The notes beneath the pieces were generated by a model. It was given only the letters and a program-made list of their open reading frames with translations, did not search any database and was not told the DNA's origin. From Isurus oxyrinchus (Eukaryota), in contig JANJGN010000369.1 in the NCBI GenBank assembly GCA_026770705.1, positions 310,001 to 374,000 of the forward strand: 64,000 nucleotides of DNA, in the 5' to 3' direction. The position numbers and the translations under genes are program-made. Each line of letters begins with the position of its first letter. The stretch's first letter is position 1. Shown piece by piece: positions 52,201 to 64,000 of the stretch.

Positions 52201-53010
52201 ATGCTTACAGATGTTAGGGAAATTGGAGATTTGAAGGCTGGACAATAGGCTGAAATAAATTCAGTTGACTCAAATCTGTCAGAATTCTTTTCAGGAGCTA
52301 ACGAGTAGGTTAGACAAAGGAGAGCCCGAAGGCCTTTGACAAGGTGCTGCACAGGAGGTTCCTCAGTAAGATAAGAGCCCATGGTGTTAGAGGCAAAGTA
52401 CTTGCATGGATAGAAGATTGGCTGTCTGTAAGCAGACAAAGAGTGGAGATAAGGAGGTCCTTCTCAAAATGGCGGCTGGTGACTAGTGGAGTTCCGCAGG
52501 GGTTAGTGTTGGGACAACAACGTTTCACTTTATACATATAAAGATCTAGATGAAGGAACTGAGGGCATCCTAGTTATCGTTACAGAAGATACAAGGATAG
52601 CTGGAGGCACAGGTAGTATTGAGGAGGGGGTAAGGCTGCAGAAACTCTGGTTGGGGCAAAGCCGTTTGGAATTCCGCTATCTTTTTTTTTATTTGCTAGG
52701 CCCGTTTTAATTCTGAAATCTATTGTGGATTGTTGCCTTAAAGGGGGTGTGACTGGGGATTAGTTAAATTAGGAACCTCAGTAGTTCCTCTGCCAAAAAG
52801 CAATTTGTAGTTTTATGGATGTAATTGAAATCTTTATATTGTCTTAAAATATAATTTAATTTAATTTTTGAAACCTCAAAAGGTTTTGCAGGACTTATTG
52901 CTTCTGAAATCAGTGCACTTGTCTCTTAATAAGTGCAAATTGCAAAACGGCTGTTGCAGCACAATCAAGTTTCCATCGGGGATTTACATCGTCCGGCATA
53001 GATCTTCTGC
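46300..53010 (+). mobile_element. Decayed Gypsy LTR retrotransposon, Gmr1-like
   Basis: 5' LTR at about 46300-47192. Gag knuckle remnant HCNKFGHTKTMHWRL (~48715), protease ILRDTGDSQ (~49040), integrase GQLPKAKSGNLFLLTIMD / LPKEMQSDQ / TYHPE / PFELVYG (49750-50750), RT MVPQPGG…DYFKLNVVTK / MPFGMKNAPASF (51130-51750), RNase H FKLAVDAT…GALLLQE (51860-52200). Partial 3' LTR at about 52660-53010. Confidence 0.85.
52270..52645 (+). mobile_element. CR1 RT fragment nested in the Gypsy element
   Basis: HRRFLSKIRAHGVRGKVLAWIEDWL…WRLVTSGVPQGLVLG. Confidence 0.85.
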
Positions 53011-53479
53011 CATATTATATCACTTTTCAGGGGCATACTTAGTCTTTAACGTCACTCTGTGCTCCTTGAAAACTTCCACTGTTCCTACTATGATATTGAA
53101 GAAGCTGCTTTCCATTCCTTCCAGTCAAAATCACAACTCATCTGATAATCTTAAACTTTCCTTATTTCTGAACTCTGCCTCTATGTTTGCAGTCAGTATT
53201 ATAATTATCACTGAATAGTTCTGCACTGATCCATCTTCCACCTATCCAGCTTCATTTCCTAGGCCCAAGTCTCCATCGACTTTATGGGAATTTAGCTCTG
53301 CTCTGGGATATTGGACATTTTCTAACATGTCGTGGAGAATTGGTCAGGACCTGGATCCCCTGTCATATGTATATACACTGCTTTGTTTCCGGTCACTAAA
53401 TCTTCAGTTCTAGAATGTCTTGCAGTTCTGTCTCACTGTATTCTGACCCTTACTTTGCTGGGTACTTGGTCAGCTAATA

Positions 53480-54600
53480 ATCAGTCAGTTGACATCAAGG
53501 CAACAATAGACCAAATGTCGCAGCAAGGATCCCAGCAAAACTGATGTCATTGGGAATCATGGGGAAAGCTCTCCACTGGTTAACTTCCTACATGGTACAA
53601 AGGAATGATGCTGTGGTAGTTAGAGATCAATCATTTCAGTTCCAGGATGTCACTGCAGTAGTTCTCATGGAGGGTCAACCACCTTCAGCTGCTTTATCAG
53701 GAACTTCCTTCCACCAAAAGACCCGAAGGGGTGATGTTCATCGATAGCTGCACAATGTTAAGCACCATTCGGAAGTCCTTAGTAACTGAAACAGTTAAAT
53801 TACAAAATACATAGAGACCTAGACATTACCCAGGACTACGCTGACTCTTAGGGGAAACACATCACATCACCGAAGGCATTCTCCAATAAGAGAGAGTGCA
53901 AGCATGGCCCCTTGACTTTTATAGGCATTGCCATCGCTGAATCCCTCGTTATTAACAGCCTGACAGATAATAATGGCCAGAGACTGATCTACATCAGCTG
54001 TATATATGAAAAAAAAAACATGGCTACGACTGCAGTTCATAGGCCAGGAACCCTGCAACTATTAACGTAGCTCCCTACAACCCAAAGCCTGTCAATAATT
54101 CTCAAACCAGGTGTGTGATGGAAACTCCGCAGTCGCCTTGAGGAGAGCAGCTCCAACAACGTTCTAGAAGATTTAGACCCTCTCTACCACCATCTACATC
54201 TACCCCCTGCACCAACTATGCACAGTAGGAACAGTGTGTATCATCCACAAGATTCATTGCAGAAACAAACCACGGCTCCCTCTACAGCACATTTTAAATC
54301 AAGTACCTCTACCATCTCGAGCGACAATGGCAGCAGATATGGGGGAACATCATCACGTGGATTTTACATCCAATCAATGTACCATCCTGATTTCATAATT
54401 GGCCCCCTTTTTGTCACTATCAAAGGATGAAATCCCGAAATCTGCCTTCCTAACAGCGCTGTTGGTGTACCTCCACCACTTGGACTGCCGCAGTTGAAGG
54501 AGGCAGCTCACCATCATGTTCATAAAATCATCTAATGAATGGAAATAATTGTTGGTTCAGCCATCAAGCACCAAATCCCATGAAAGTGTAACAACAAATA
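53480..54600 (+). mobile_element. CR1/L2-group LINE, same family as 4700-5830
   Basis: GACATCAAGGCA…GGGAATCATGGGGAAAGCTCTCCACTGG and CACAATGTTAAGCACCATTC are collinear with the other copies. Confidence 0.75.
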
Positions 54601-55669
54601 ATAACTCATCATCAATATATCTTCTTCAACCCAGAAATTATACATAAACAAATTTTGAAAGATACGCCAACCAGAGAACGTTATCACTGTAATAATTATT
54701 CAAAGGAATAGCTGATTTGAATTGCTCGGCCTGACAGTAATGATGTGAAGTGGGAGCTGATTGATTTACATATTTAAGATTATTTGCAACACTTCATGTA
54801 ATCAGTTCATTCCACAGACTTATTCACCCTTTATCAGCTGTGGCCTCAGTATCACACATGGAAACACCGTTATCTGCAACGAGAGAATCAGGCACGAAAT
54901 CTAAAGCTTCAGAAATACACAAAATGTTGTTTCCTTCTCAGCCCAGTTTTGTATCGCCCCACCCCAACCGTCCCCCACAAAACCGCCCCCCACAACCACC
55001 ACCCCCCACCCCATCCCCCGGAGAGAGTCTTATCTCCACCTCCTTATGTCCAAAAGATGCAGATGTAAATGTCAATGTTAAACTATTGGTTAAAAAATGA
55101 TCATATTTGCCTGGGCTATTTCGTACACAATCTGTCTTCTTGCCTAGATGAGTGCAGCCCCAACAACAGTGAAAGTGAAACAAAATATTTCATAATAAAG
55201 ATGGATAATTATTGAATAAATGTCATGATTCTGAATGCAGGACAGTGGGTCTCAGCCAATAGAGGTATAAGAGGACAGGGAAGCGGATTCCTGAATTAAA
55301 ATTTTAGGGATCTGGAAACACCTGATAGAAATGTATTTCCAGGAGTGCTTGGCTTTTTGAGTCAATATAACTCAGTTGGTCTTTTTTATACTGAATGAAT
55401 GAAATATATATATATATATGAAGATGAAATTAGTCATGGCAAATACCCTGGGTTCTATGGCAGACTACATTTTGAGATGAGTGACAGGCGGGCCTGGGTA
55501 CAGCCGGATGGCCCAACAGAGCGAGAGCGATTACTGTAAAGTAAGATTTAGATCCCACAGTTTGGAAAGAGGAATTGCACACCTGATACAGGAACGGTGA
55601 AGAGATGGTTCATTTCCATTTAATGTGTACGGTAGTGGTGGTGGTGCTTTTGGTGGTGGTGGAAACTTA

Positions 55670-56125
55670 AGGTGCAGCACAGGGTTAAATATAAAGTAAT
55701 CCTATCTCTACGTTGTCTCCAACAAACACTTGCATTAGAATTACAGCACTGGGTTAGATGGAGTACAAGTATCTCTCTACACTGTCCACTCAAAGGCACG
55801 CTACACAGATACGGCACGGGGTTAGATACTGATTAAAGCGCCATGTACACTGTGTTGAATAAACACACCTTCATAGGTGCAACACAGTGTTAGATAGAGG
55901 GTAACACTCCCACTATAATGTCCACATATAACACTCCCTCTACAAAAACAATACTTGTTTGGATGTAGACTTGTCTTTCCTCTGCACTTTCTGCATTAGA
56001 TGATCCCTCATCAGGTACAGCATGGGATTACATACAGGATACATTTTCGTCCAAAGTGTCGCAATCAAACAATCACAGGGGAGGTGCAGCATGGAGCCAG
56101 ATGCAGAATAAAACTTTCGCTCCTC
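55670..56125. repeat. Degenerate 68-69-bp tandem repeat, about 7 units
   Basis: (G)GTACAGCAC.GGGTTAGATAC…CTCTACACTGT motifs occur near 55671, 55741, 55809, 55876, 55946, 56014 and 56083. Confidence 0.75.
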
Positions 56126-56659
56126 AGATTACGGTCTGCTCTTCATTTTGGTGATCAAATTGGAATAGTTGACTATTCATGGAACACATGTGGTCTGTCA
56201 GAAAACATGACCTAGATCTTCTTTTCGCTTACCATGTCAACACATCATCCTACTCCAATGCCTACATGTCCGTGCTTGGCCTGCTGCAATGTTCCAGTCT
56301 AGCCCAACGCAAAGTTCCAATTCAGCTCTTTGCAGTTTTCCAAAATTAACAATGAGTTAAACAAGTTTGGACCATGAGCACACTCCTCCACTTTAATACC
56401 ATTTAAAATCCCTTTGTTTTTATTTTTAAATTATATATTATAGCTGTTTTCACTTTCTTCCATTCATTGTCTTATCCTGTTTTTTCCCTTTTTTATCCAC
56501 CTTAATATGTTTTCATTCACACAACCTTCACACGCCTCCTCCAACACTGCCATATGTTAATGTTTCTAAGTTGTTTTTTGACAGAATTCTGAAGCTTCTT
56601 CTGCTATTCATACATTCTACTTTTTCGCCTGTATGCCAGTATGTGCACCTTCTTTAGCC

Positions 56660-59600
56660 TTCACGAGTCACCAGATGGCTCCAGGGCATTCCAAAGAGCA
56701 AACTGAACAGGCAGATGTCGTGGTCCATGTTTGGACTATTGATATGGGAAGAAATGTTTTCCTGGAAGCAGATTTTATGGAGTTAGGTAGCAAATTGGAA
56801 AGCAGGACTTCAAAGTTAGTAATCTCCAGAGTCTTCCTGGTGCTACACAGCACTGAAAATAGGAATAGAAGGAAAGGAAAGATTAATACGTGGCTTGAGA
56901 GCTGGTGCAGGAGGGACAGATTTGGATTCCGGGGGCATCGAGAACGCTTCTGTGGGAGGTGGGGCCTAATCAAATTAGACGGGTTATATCTGAACAGGAA
57001 CGGGACCAAAATTGTTGCAGCGAGATTTTCCAATGCCCTTGGGACAGATGTAAACTACATTCTCAGGGTAAAACAATCCTGAAACAGAGTTCTGATGCGG
57101 GAGCAGCTTGGAAGGAACTAGAATTTTAAATGCGAGTAAGTGTTTCTCGAAGTTAGAGGATATTGGCTAGATACCAATTAAGTATGTTTTGCAAGACTAA
57201 ACAGAATGTATGCTTTATGCAAGGAGTTCGAGGTAAAAAGCCAGAGGATCCGAGGGCACAGATAGGCACATCGATGTCAATGCTTTAATTGAGAATTGGC
57301 TAAAAGAAGAGCAGGATTGGAAACTCAACAATCCTGGCAAATGGACATTCAGACAAGGTAGCGAGGGGGATAGCAGAGGAGGCGGGGTCGCAATATCGAT
57401 AAAGGAATCAATTATAGCAGCAGAGCGGGATGTTATTTGGAAGGGCCCTCAGATGAGGCCATATGGGTAGCAGTAAAAGCACAAAAGGTGCAAACACGCT
57501 GTTGGGTGTGTGCCATAAGCTCCCAAATGAGTCAAGGGAGAGGTAAAGGGTTAAATATTCAATCAAACTTCAGAGAAGTGTAAGAATAATAGTGCAGTGG
57601 TAGTAGGAAATATTACCTGCACAAATGTCTATTAACTGGGATAGTATTATCGTGCAAGGTGGAGCAAGAGAATTCTTTTTAAATTACACCCAGGAGAACT
57701 TTTCTGGTAAATATGTAGACAATCCAAGAAGGGACCGATCAGTTTTGGATCAAATATTCGTAAATGAGCTTGGTCAGGTAGAAGCTGTATCAGTGGGGGA
57801 ACATGTTGGCAAAAATGACCATAATTTTGTTAAATTTAAAGGAGTTATTGAAAAGGAGAGGTTTCGCCTTGGAATAAAAGTTCTATAGTGGGGAAAGGCT
57901 AATTTTGATATGATGGGGTTCGATTTGGCCTAAGTGGACGGTGAGCACCTAATAGGAGATAAAAATGTGTCAGGGCAGTTGCTTGGAATTCAAGCAGGAA
58001 ATAGCGAGAGAACAGGGCAAATAGGTTTCCGTAATGACAAGCTCCATGTCAAGGGACATACAGGGTTAGGATTGAGAAAAGAAAGATAAACTTATACCAG
58101 ATACCAATGGCTCAATATGACAGTCCCCCTAGAGGAACTCAAAAATTGCAAGGGGTAACTTAGCATTGAGCGTTAGATTAAAAAGAAATAAAGGGTTATT
58201 TAGTTTTTTTAGTTTAAAAAGAGCAATAAAATAACGAGAGAAAGAATAGGATCATCAAGGAACGTAGAGGTTATCGGTGTGGTCACAAAAGATGTCCTTA
58301 CAGTTTTCAGCTAATACGCTGTGATTTTTATTCGCAATGGAAAAGAACGACGCAGGTATCTGCATCAAAGTGGAGAGCTGTGAAATTTTGGACGAGTTAA
58401 CATAGACAGAGAGGAGGTACTAGCAGGTTAGCGGACTTAAAAGTGGCGCAATACGCTAGTCCGGATGAAATGTATCTCCTGCTCGTGAGGGAAACAAGGG
58501 AGGTAAACAAGGGGCTCTTTAAATAATTTTCAAATCTTCATTATCTACAGAACTGGAGGACAGTCAAAGTTAACCTATTATTTTAAAACTAAGGAAGGTT
58601 TTGACCAGCAAATTAAAGGCTAATCAGTACCGCCTCGTAGATGGGAAATTTACTAGGAAGAATTATGTGGGGCAGCATGCAAATGCATTTGAGAGAAACG
58701 AATTAATCCAGAATAGTCAGCATGGATTTGTTAAGGGAATGTCCTATTTGACATTGTTCTTTTTTGAAGAGGCAACTTGGAGAATTGATGAGCATAATAC
58801 AATTGATGTGCTCTAAATGGGCTTTAGCAAGGCTTTTGATGCGGCCCCTCATGGAAGATGGGTCAAGTAGGAAAAAACCCTTGGGATCCAAGGAAAATGG
58901 CAAGATACAAAATTGGCTGAGAGGCAAGAGAAGCGCTTGATGGCAGAGGGTTGTTTCTGTGACTGAAAGTCGGTTTCCAGTGCGGTTTCACAAGGCCTAG
59001 TGCTGGTCCCCTTGCTGTTTGCGGTGTGCTTACATGAATTGGAGTTAAATTTAGGAGAAATGAACAAGATGATTGTAGATTGGACGAAAATTGTTGGGTG
59101 GTAAATACTGAGGAGAAATCCTGTGAAATCTAAGAGTTTATCAATGGTTTTGGCAGATTGGCAGAGTTGTGGCAAATGGAATTCAACCATCAAAAGTGTG
59201 TGGTAACGGGCTTGGTAATGGCTAACAATGCAATGGACTATGAACAGTAGGACCCTGGCAAGTACTGAAGATCCGTGGAACCTTGGTGTGCATCTCCACA
59301 GATCCATGAGGGTAGCACGGCAGGAGCATAAGTTTGTTAAGAAGCCTTTAGTAGCTGAAGCTCAGAGTACAATAGTGGAGAGGTTATGCTGGAGCTGTAC
59401 AAATTTCTGTTTGGTTTACAAGTGCAGTCCTTGTCATCACATTAAAGACAGAATTTGATTGAACAGGTGATGGTGCAGAGGGGATATATGAGGATGCTAC
59501 TTGGGCTGGAAGGTCTGGACAATGATGAAACATTCACTCGGCTGGTGTTGTTTTCCAGGGAGCAGCGAATGTTCACGGGGGACCTGATAGAGGTGTATAA

Positions 59601-59950
59601 GATTATGAGGGTTATTGTAAGGCTGGCTGGAGAGGCGCTTTTCCCCTTAGTAGATGGGTGAATTAACAGGGGCCATATATTTAGTTCAAGATGTAGAAGG
59701 CTAAGCGGGAAACTGAGGAGAATTTCTTTCAAGCTGAGGGTGATACGAATCTGGAATGCTCTTCCTGAAAAGGTGGCTGATTCAACATGTCTCAACACTA
59801 AAGAAGTATTTAGATATTCACTATTGTTACCACTGCCTCTAGGTCTATGAGCCAATCGCTGGTAAATAGAATGAGCATAGTCAGGCCTTTGCTGATGGCC
59901 GCAGAAATGAAAGGAGCAAATTATCTTTAACTCTATTGAAAAGTCTATGA
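56660..59950 (+). mobile_element. Near full-length decayed CR1 LINE (ORF1 esterase + ORF2 EN/RT + 3' UTR)
   Basis: ORF1 SGNH esterase-like VVVHVWTID…KINTWLESWCRR…KLDGLYLNRNGT; endonuclease LDQIFVNE…VGEHVGKNDHN; RT SQHGFVKG and GDLIEVYKIM; CR1 tail with TCTATGA repeats. Confidence 0.9.
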
Positions 59951-61471
59951 GTCGATGAGTTATCCTATAGCCACTCAGCCAGGATTGTCGTTCTCCAATT
60001 CACTGCACCCCACAGTCAGTCATTCCAGTCAATGTCGCTGTCCGTTTTTCTCCTTACCTCAGGGTTATTTTGAATGAAATATCTCTCTGAAGTGCTTCCT
60101 GTCTCACAGACTTAAATAACAACGGAGAAAGCGATTGCCATGTTGTATATTTAGGGATGACTTACCTGGAGTTTTTGAGGGTGAGGAGGATTGGGATGAG
60201 TACAAAGGATGCTATCCACGTTCAGCTTTTCAGTAATATTCATTGTGTCTGCCTCGCCACAGTTACAGTGCAGGAGAGGCTGCAGGTAAGTTCTGGACCT
60301 CAAGACCACACGAACTGCGAGGTGTCATTAGACATGTGCCCTCCTCCCATCACGAACCAATCCTCAGAAGCATCTAACTTCATGTCTATAAATGGGTTGG
60401 GGGATAAAGCTGCTGTCAGATTCCAAAAACAAATGAAGGGCCACATCCCCCACCTCACCAAAACATATCGTTTGTCTAATGTGTGATTGGAACTAAACCC
60501 CAGGAATTATTGAAATAAGGCAACACACATTTATAGAGCCGCTTCACATTTCAGAATTTAATTCCAAATCATTGTCGACGTTCCACAGTCAAATAATTAA
60601 TTACATTAAAAGTTATCGTGCATAAAAAGCTGCAGACGAATTTCTAACAGCAAGATCCCACAAGCTGTATCACGTTGCCAAATTGGAGGCACCCTCCATA
60701 TTGGCCACAGATAATTTGTGCCATTCAGCGCTTCTCCTTACATTTGTTCCTCCCTCTGTCCCTCTCTCTCTCACTGTTTCCATCAATGACTTCTCTCTGC
60801 TTTTTTTCTGTCCATCTCTCTGCCTCCCTCTTGTTGTTACATTATTATTTTCCAATTTGACTCTCTCCCTCCCTCCACCTGTCTCTATTTCTTGGGCTCT
60901 GCCTTTCACACTATATCTTCAAACTCTCTCTACTTCCATATCCCTGTTTCCTCAATCAATCATCTTTATCTTTCTCTCCCTTCCTCTCTCTCGCTTCATC
61001 TGAATGAACTCACTCGGTCTGACGTGACACCCCAATGCTCTTTGGGATTTGTCGTCTTGTTTCCAACAGAAGTATTTCTATCCAATTATTGTGATGGATC
61101 GCGATTATGTGCTAGCAGCTCACCTAAAGGCAGTGAAGGTCTGTGAGTGGTTCTGTTTTGCATCGAATCAGTGATTGATAGCAATGAGGAATAGTCAATG
61201 GAATGCAGAGGTGGAGGGAATTCTTATCCTTTCTAGTCAATAAGAGGTAGCAATGATGGACACACAGTCCACCCAATAGGAAAGCAGTGATGTTAGGGGT
61301 GTATTTTTCTGACATATCAGGAAGGAGTAGTAATTATGTTCATTCAGCCTGGCCAATGGGAGTTCAGTGACGTTTGGCATTGTGTCTCTTTTTCTGTTCA
61401 GTCAGTGAGGATTAACTACAATGGACAGGCAGCTCAGACAATAGCAACACCCAGTAATTGAGTTATTCTTA

Positions 61472-62370
61472 TCAGTGAGTTAATTGAAGTATTAAGGTTA
61501 AGGGATATTTCAACACATTCTTCAAGTGTTGTCTGAACGGAGTCTGTGTTGTAGCGTAAATTGCAGTGTTAGTGCAGCAGCTCAGGAGCTGCAGCATGAA
61601 GCCCAATTCTTGAAGAAACCAATGCAACTGAAAAGAAACAAAGCTCAAATTCCACAGCCGCCTCCACACAGAATAAGTCATTAAAGTTGACCATAACAGT
61701 ACGAAATTGGCTGATATCACAAACAGTAAAATGATGGATTTCCTTCGGCTCTGCATCTCAGGGTCTCTGGGAATCTCCACATTACTGTACGCCCGGAGTC
61801 TCCAGCGGGCTCTGCTGCTCACTACAATGTGCCTGATGGTGAGAATATTGAACAGCAGAATCAGGGCAAATGGGACACATGGTGTTAAAATGTGGTGGAG
61901 GAATTCGATTGTTATCCAGAATGGAGAGATTTGAACATCGCTTTTGACTTTGCAAAACCAGGGGGCGTTCGTCAGCCAATACTGACCTGTTAACATAAAA
62001 TACCAGAAAATGTTCTTTAAACAGCTCAGCACAGTAACTGCTCCCACGACCACAGACGCTGTTTTCTCGCTGCAAAAAAGTCTTTTCAGCTTTGCAGAAC
62101 AAATGACCACAAATCGATCTAAGGTGAACGTGACAGTGAACCAGACAGAGCAGTCAGTGGCTGAATAAAGCAGGACGGCGTGGATATTACACACGGGGAT
62201 GGCAACCAGGAAGTAAAAGTGTTCTCCAAAAACAATCGGAATGTGTCTCAATATCAGGTCCAGGATGACGACCAATAGATCCGCCACTGCCATGGCCACC
62301 AGGTAACAAGTGACACATTTGGATAGACCACAGTTTTTACATTTGAGGATCACAATTGTGATTAAGTTCG
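61472..62370 (-). CDS. Rhodopsin-class GPCR, GPR139/GPR142-like; main coding exon (first exon not found in window)
   Basis: Open frame of about 299 codons with TM2 YLVAMAVADLL, TM3 SVWFTVTFTLDRF, TM5 LTPCVPF and TM7 LLSCCTNTAIY. Acceptor CTTTATTTCCACCTTTCTCACAG has its AG at 62372-62371 (phase 1), giving xNLITIVIL in TM1. Confidence 0.9.
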
Positions 62371-63039
62371 CTGTGAGAAAGGTGGAAATAAAGTGACATA
62401 TTAGACTGGGAAAGAAGATGCAAGTTTGGTTCAGTATTTGTTGTCAGCTTCAAATGATAAACTGCTTGTTGTGATGTATTGTATAAAATGGACACGATAA
62501 AACTTCAGAGAAGGTCAGTGATACAGTGGAAGGAAGCGGAAAAATAAACTGAAAAATCCAGTTAAGGAGCGAGGAAAAGCATGAATGACGGGTGAGTCAG
62601 AAGTAACGTGCGGAACAAACGGTGATTGGGATCGATGGGATAACTGGAGGATGCAGGAGTGATGGGAAAATTCATGAGTGGCAGTGAGCCGGGGGTGACC
62701 AGACCCAGGAAAGATGTTTGTTTTTTAAATCTCAATTTCTCTCTTCTCAACTAACTGCACTAATATGTATTCCTGGCAAGGATTACTTGACCCCTCCATT
62801 GCTGTGATGTTTTAGGAACAGTCGCAAAACATGTTTTCTTGTAAAGTTAAAAATCATATCAAGGGTTAAACAATTCTTCAGTACACAATTAGAAAGGCAA
62901 AAGATTAAAAATATTAGTCCATTGAAATACAGATGCATATAAGAAAATAAACTTTCTAGAAATGTAACATGTACTCAGCACACTAGAAGGAAATAAATCA
63001 GAAGCCAGACCCATTTTTACTGAAGTACAATCAGAGAGG

Positions 63040-64000
63040 AGCACGCACACACACCTCGACACACAGGCAAATGGAAATAAACAAAGTTACATGCATCCAT
63101 ACTCTCACAATCACATACAGACGCACTCATACATAATCAGATAGAGACAATCACGCACACGTGCACTCACAAAGGCATGTACACACAATGACATAATCGG
63201 AAAAACACACGCGTTAGACATACGTTCCCAGGGAGACAGACAGGCACACATGCACAAACACACACATTCAGTCACACACAGTCACAAATGAGACACACGC
63301 TGAGATAAAAAAGCGGAAGAGAACAGACAGAAACACATAAATACACAAACGCACACACAGAGCATGGACACTTTTACACAGAGTCTCTCTGCAGGACACA
63401 TGGACAAGCACACACTTTCTCTCGCTATCCGTCTCTCTCTCTATCTCTCTCTCTTGCTCTCTGTCACTCATACAAACACAGACACAACCACACTCAGCTT
63501 GGCATACAGAAGCATACACGAGCTGCTAGAAGCAAACAACTCACACTCATGCAGTAGCACACTCACAAGAACACATACGTATACCAACACTAACTTGCGC
63601 AGACAACCTTACGCTGTAGCACTCTCACACACACTCACAAAGGCAAACACATGCACGCATACACACAGAAGCACACAGAAACTGCCTCATATGCGTACAT
63701 AATGACTCACGCACACAAACTATCACAGGAATACCATCTATTTTACAAATGCATATACTCTTGCACACATACTCAAACATAGACTCTCATTCTCACACTT
63801 AAGTACACATGCAAATAAATGCACTGAAGCAAGTACGTTCAGAAACTAACGTAGAAAAAAAGAAACATGCTCACATTCTGTCTCTTTTCACGCTCTCTCT
63901 CTCTCTCTCTCCATCTCTCTCACTATATCTCACTCTATCTCTCTCAGAAACATGGACAAACACACTGACACACAGACACCAACAGAATTAACAAAGATAA
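63040..64000. repeat. CA/CT-rich low-complexity region
   Basis: Degenerate (CA)n and (CT)n tracts; probably the intron upstream of the GPCR exon. Confidence 0.85.

Noticed and set aside
60670-61003. Hydrophobic ORFs resembling membrane proteins
   Set aside because: They are translations of CT-rich low-complexity sequence.
61707-62102. ORFs overlapping the GPCR (antisense and alternative frame)
   Set aside because: They are shadow frames of the real CDS with no independent support.
63268-63991. Thr/His-rich or Cys/Val-rich ORFs; candidate GPCR exon 1
   Set aside because: They derive from degenerate CA repeats, and I found no TM1-start exon with a phase-1 donor.

Overview
This window is repeat-rich eukaryotic DNA. 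The repeat families and the GPCR point to a cartilaginous fish (shark-like), which is an inference. No prokaryotic operons or CRISPR arrays are present, and most short ORFs in the track are noise or decayed transposon frames. The left 37 kb is a decaying tRNA gene cluster built from segmental duplications. It holds two intact-looking genes, tRNA-Asp(GTC) and tRNA-Ile(AAT), and about eight tRNA pseudogenes (Gly, Ser, three Thr-like, three Lys). The window also contains a processed histone H3.3 pseudogene, hAT transposase remnants, Penelope-derived palindromes with decayed hammerhead-like cores, many CR1/L2 LINE fragments (one near full length), a decayed Gmr1-type Gypsy element (PR-IN-RT-RH order) plus a solo LTR, and two minisatellites. 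The only convincing protein-coding feature is the main exon of a GPR139/142-like rhodopsin GPCR at 61472-62370 (-). I found no clear new biological system. All alignments were done by eye, so transposon boundaries are approximate.
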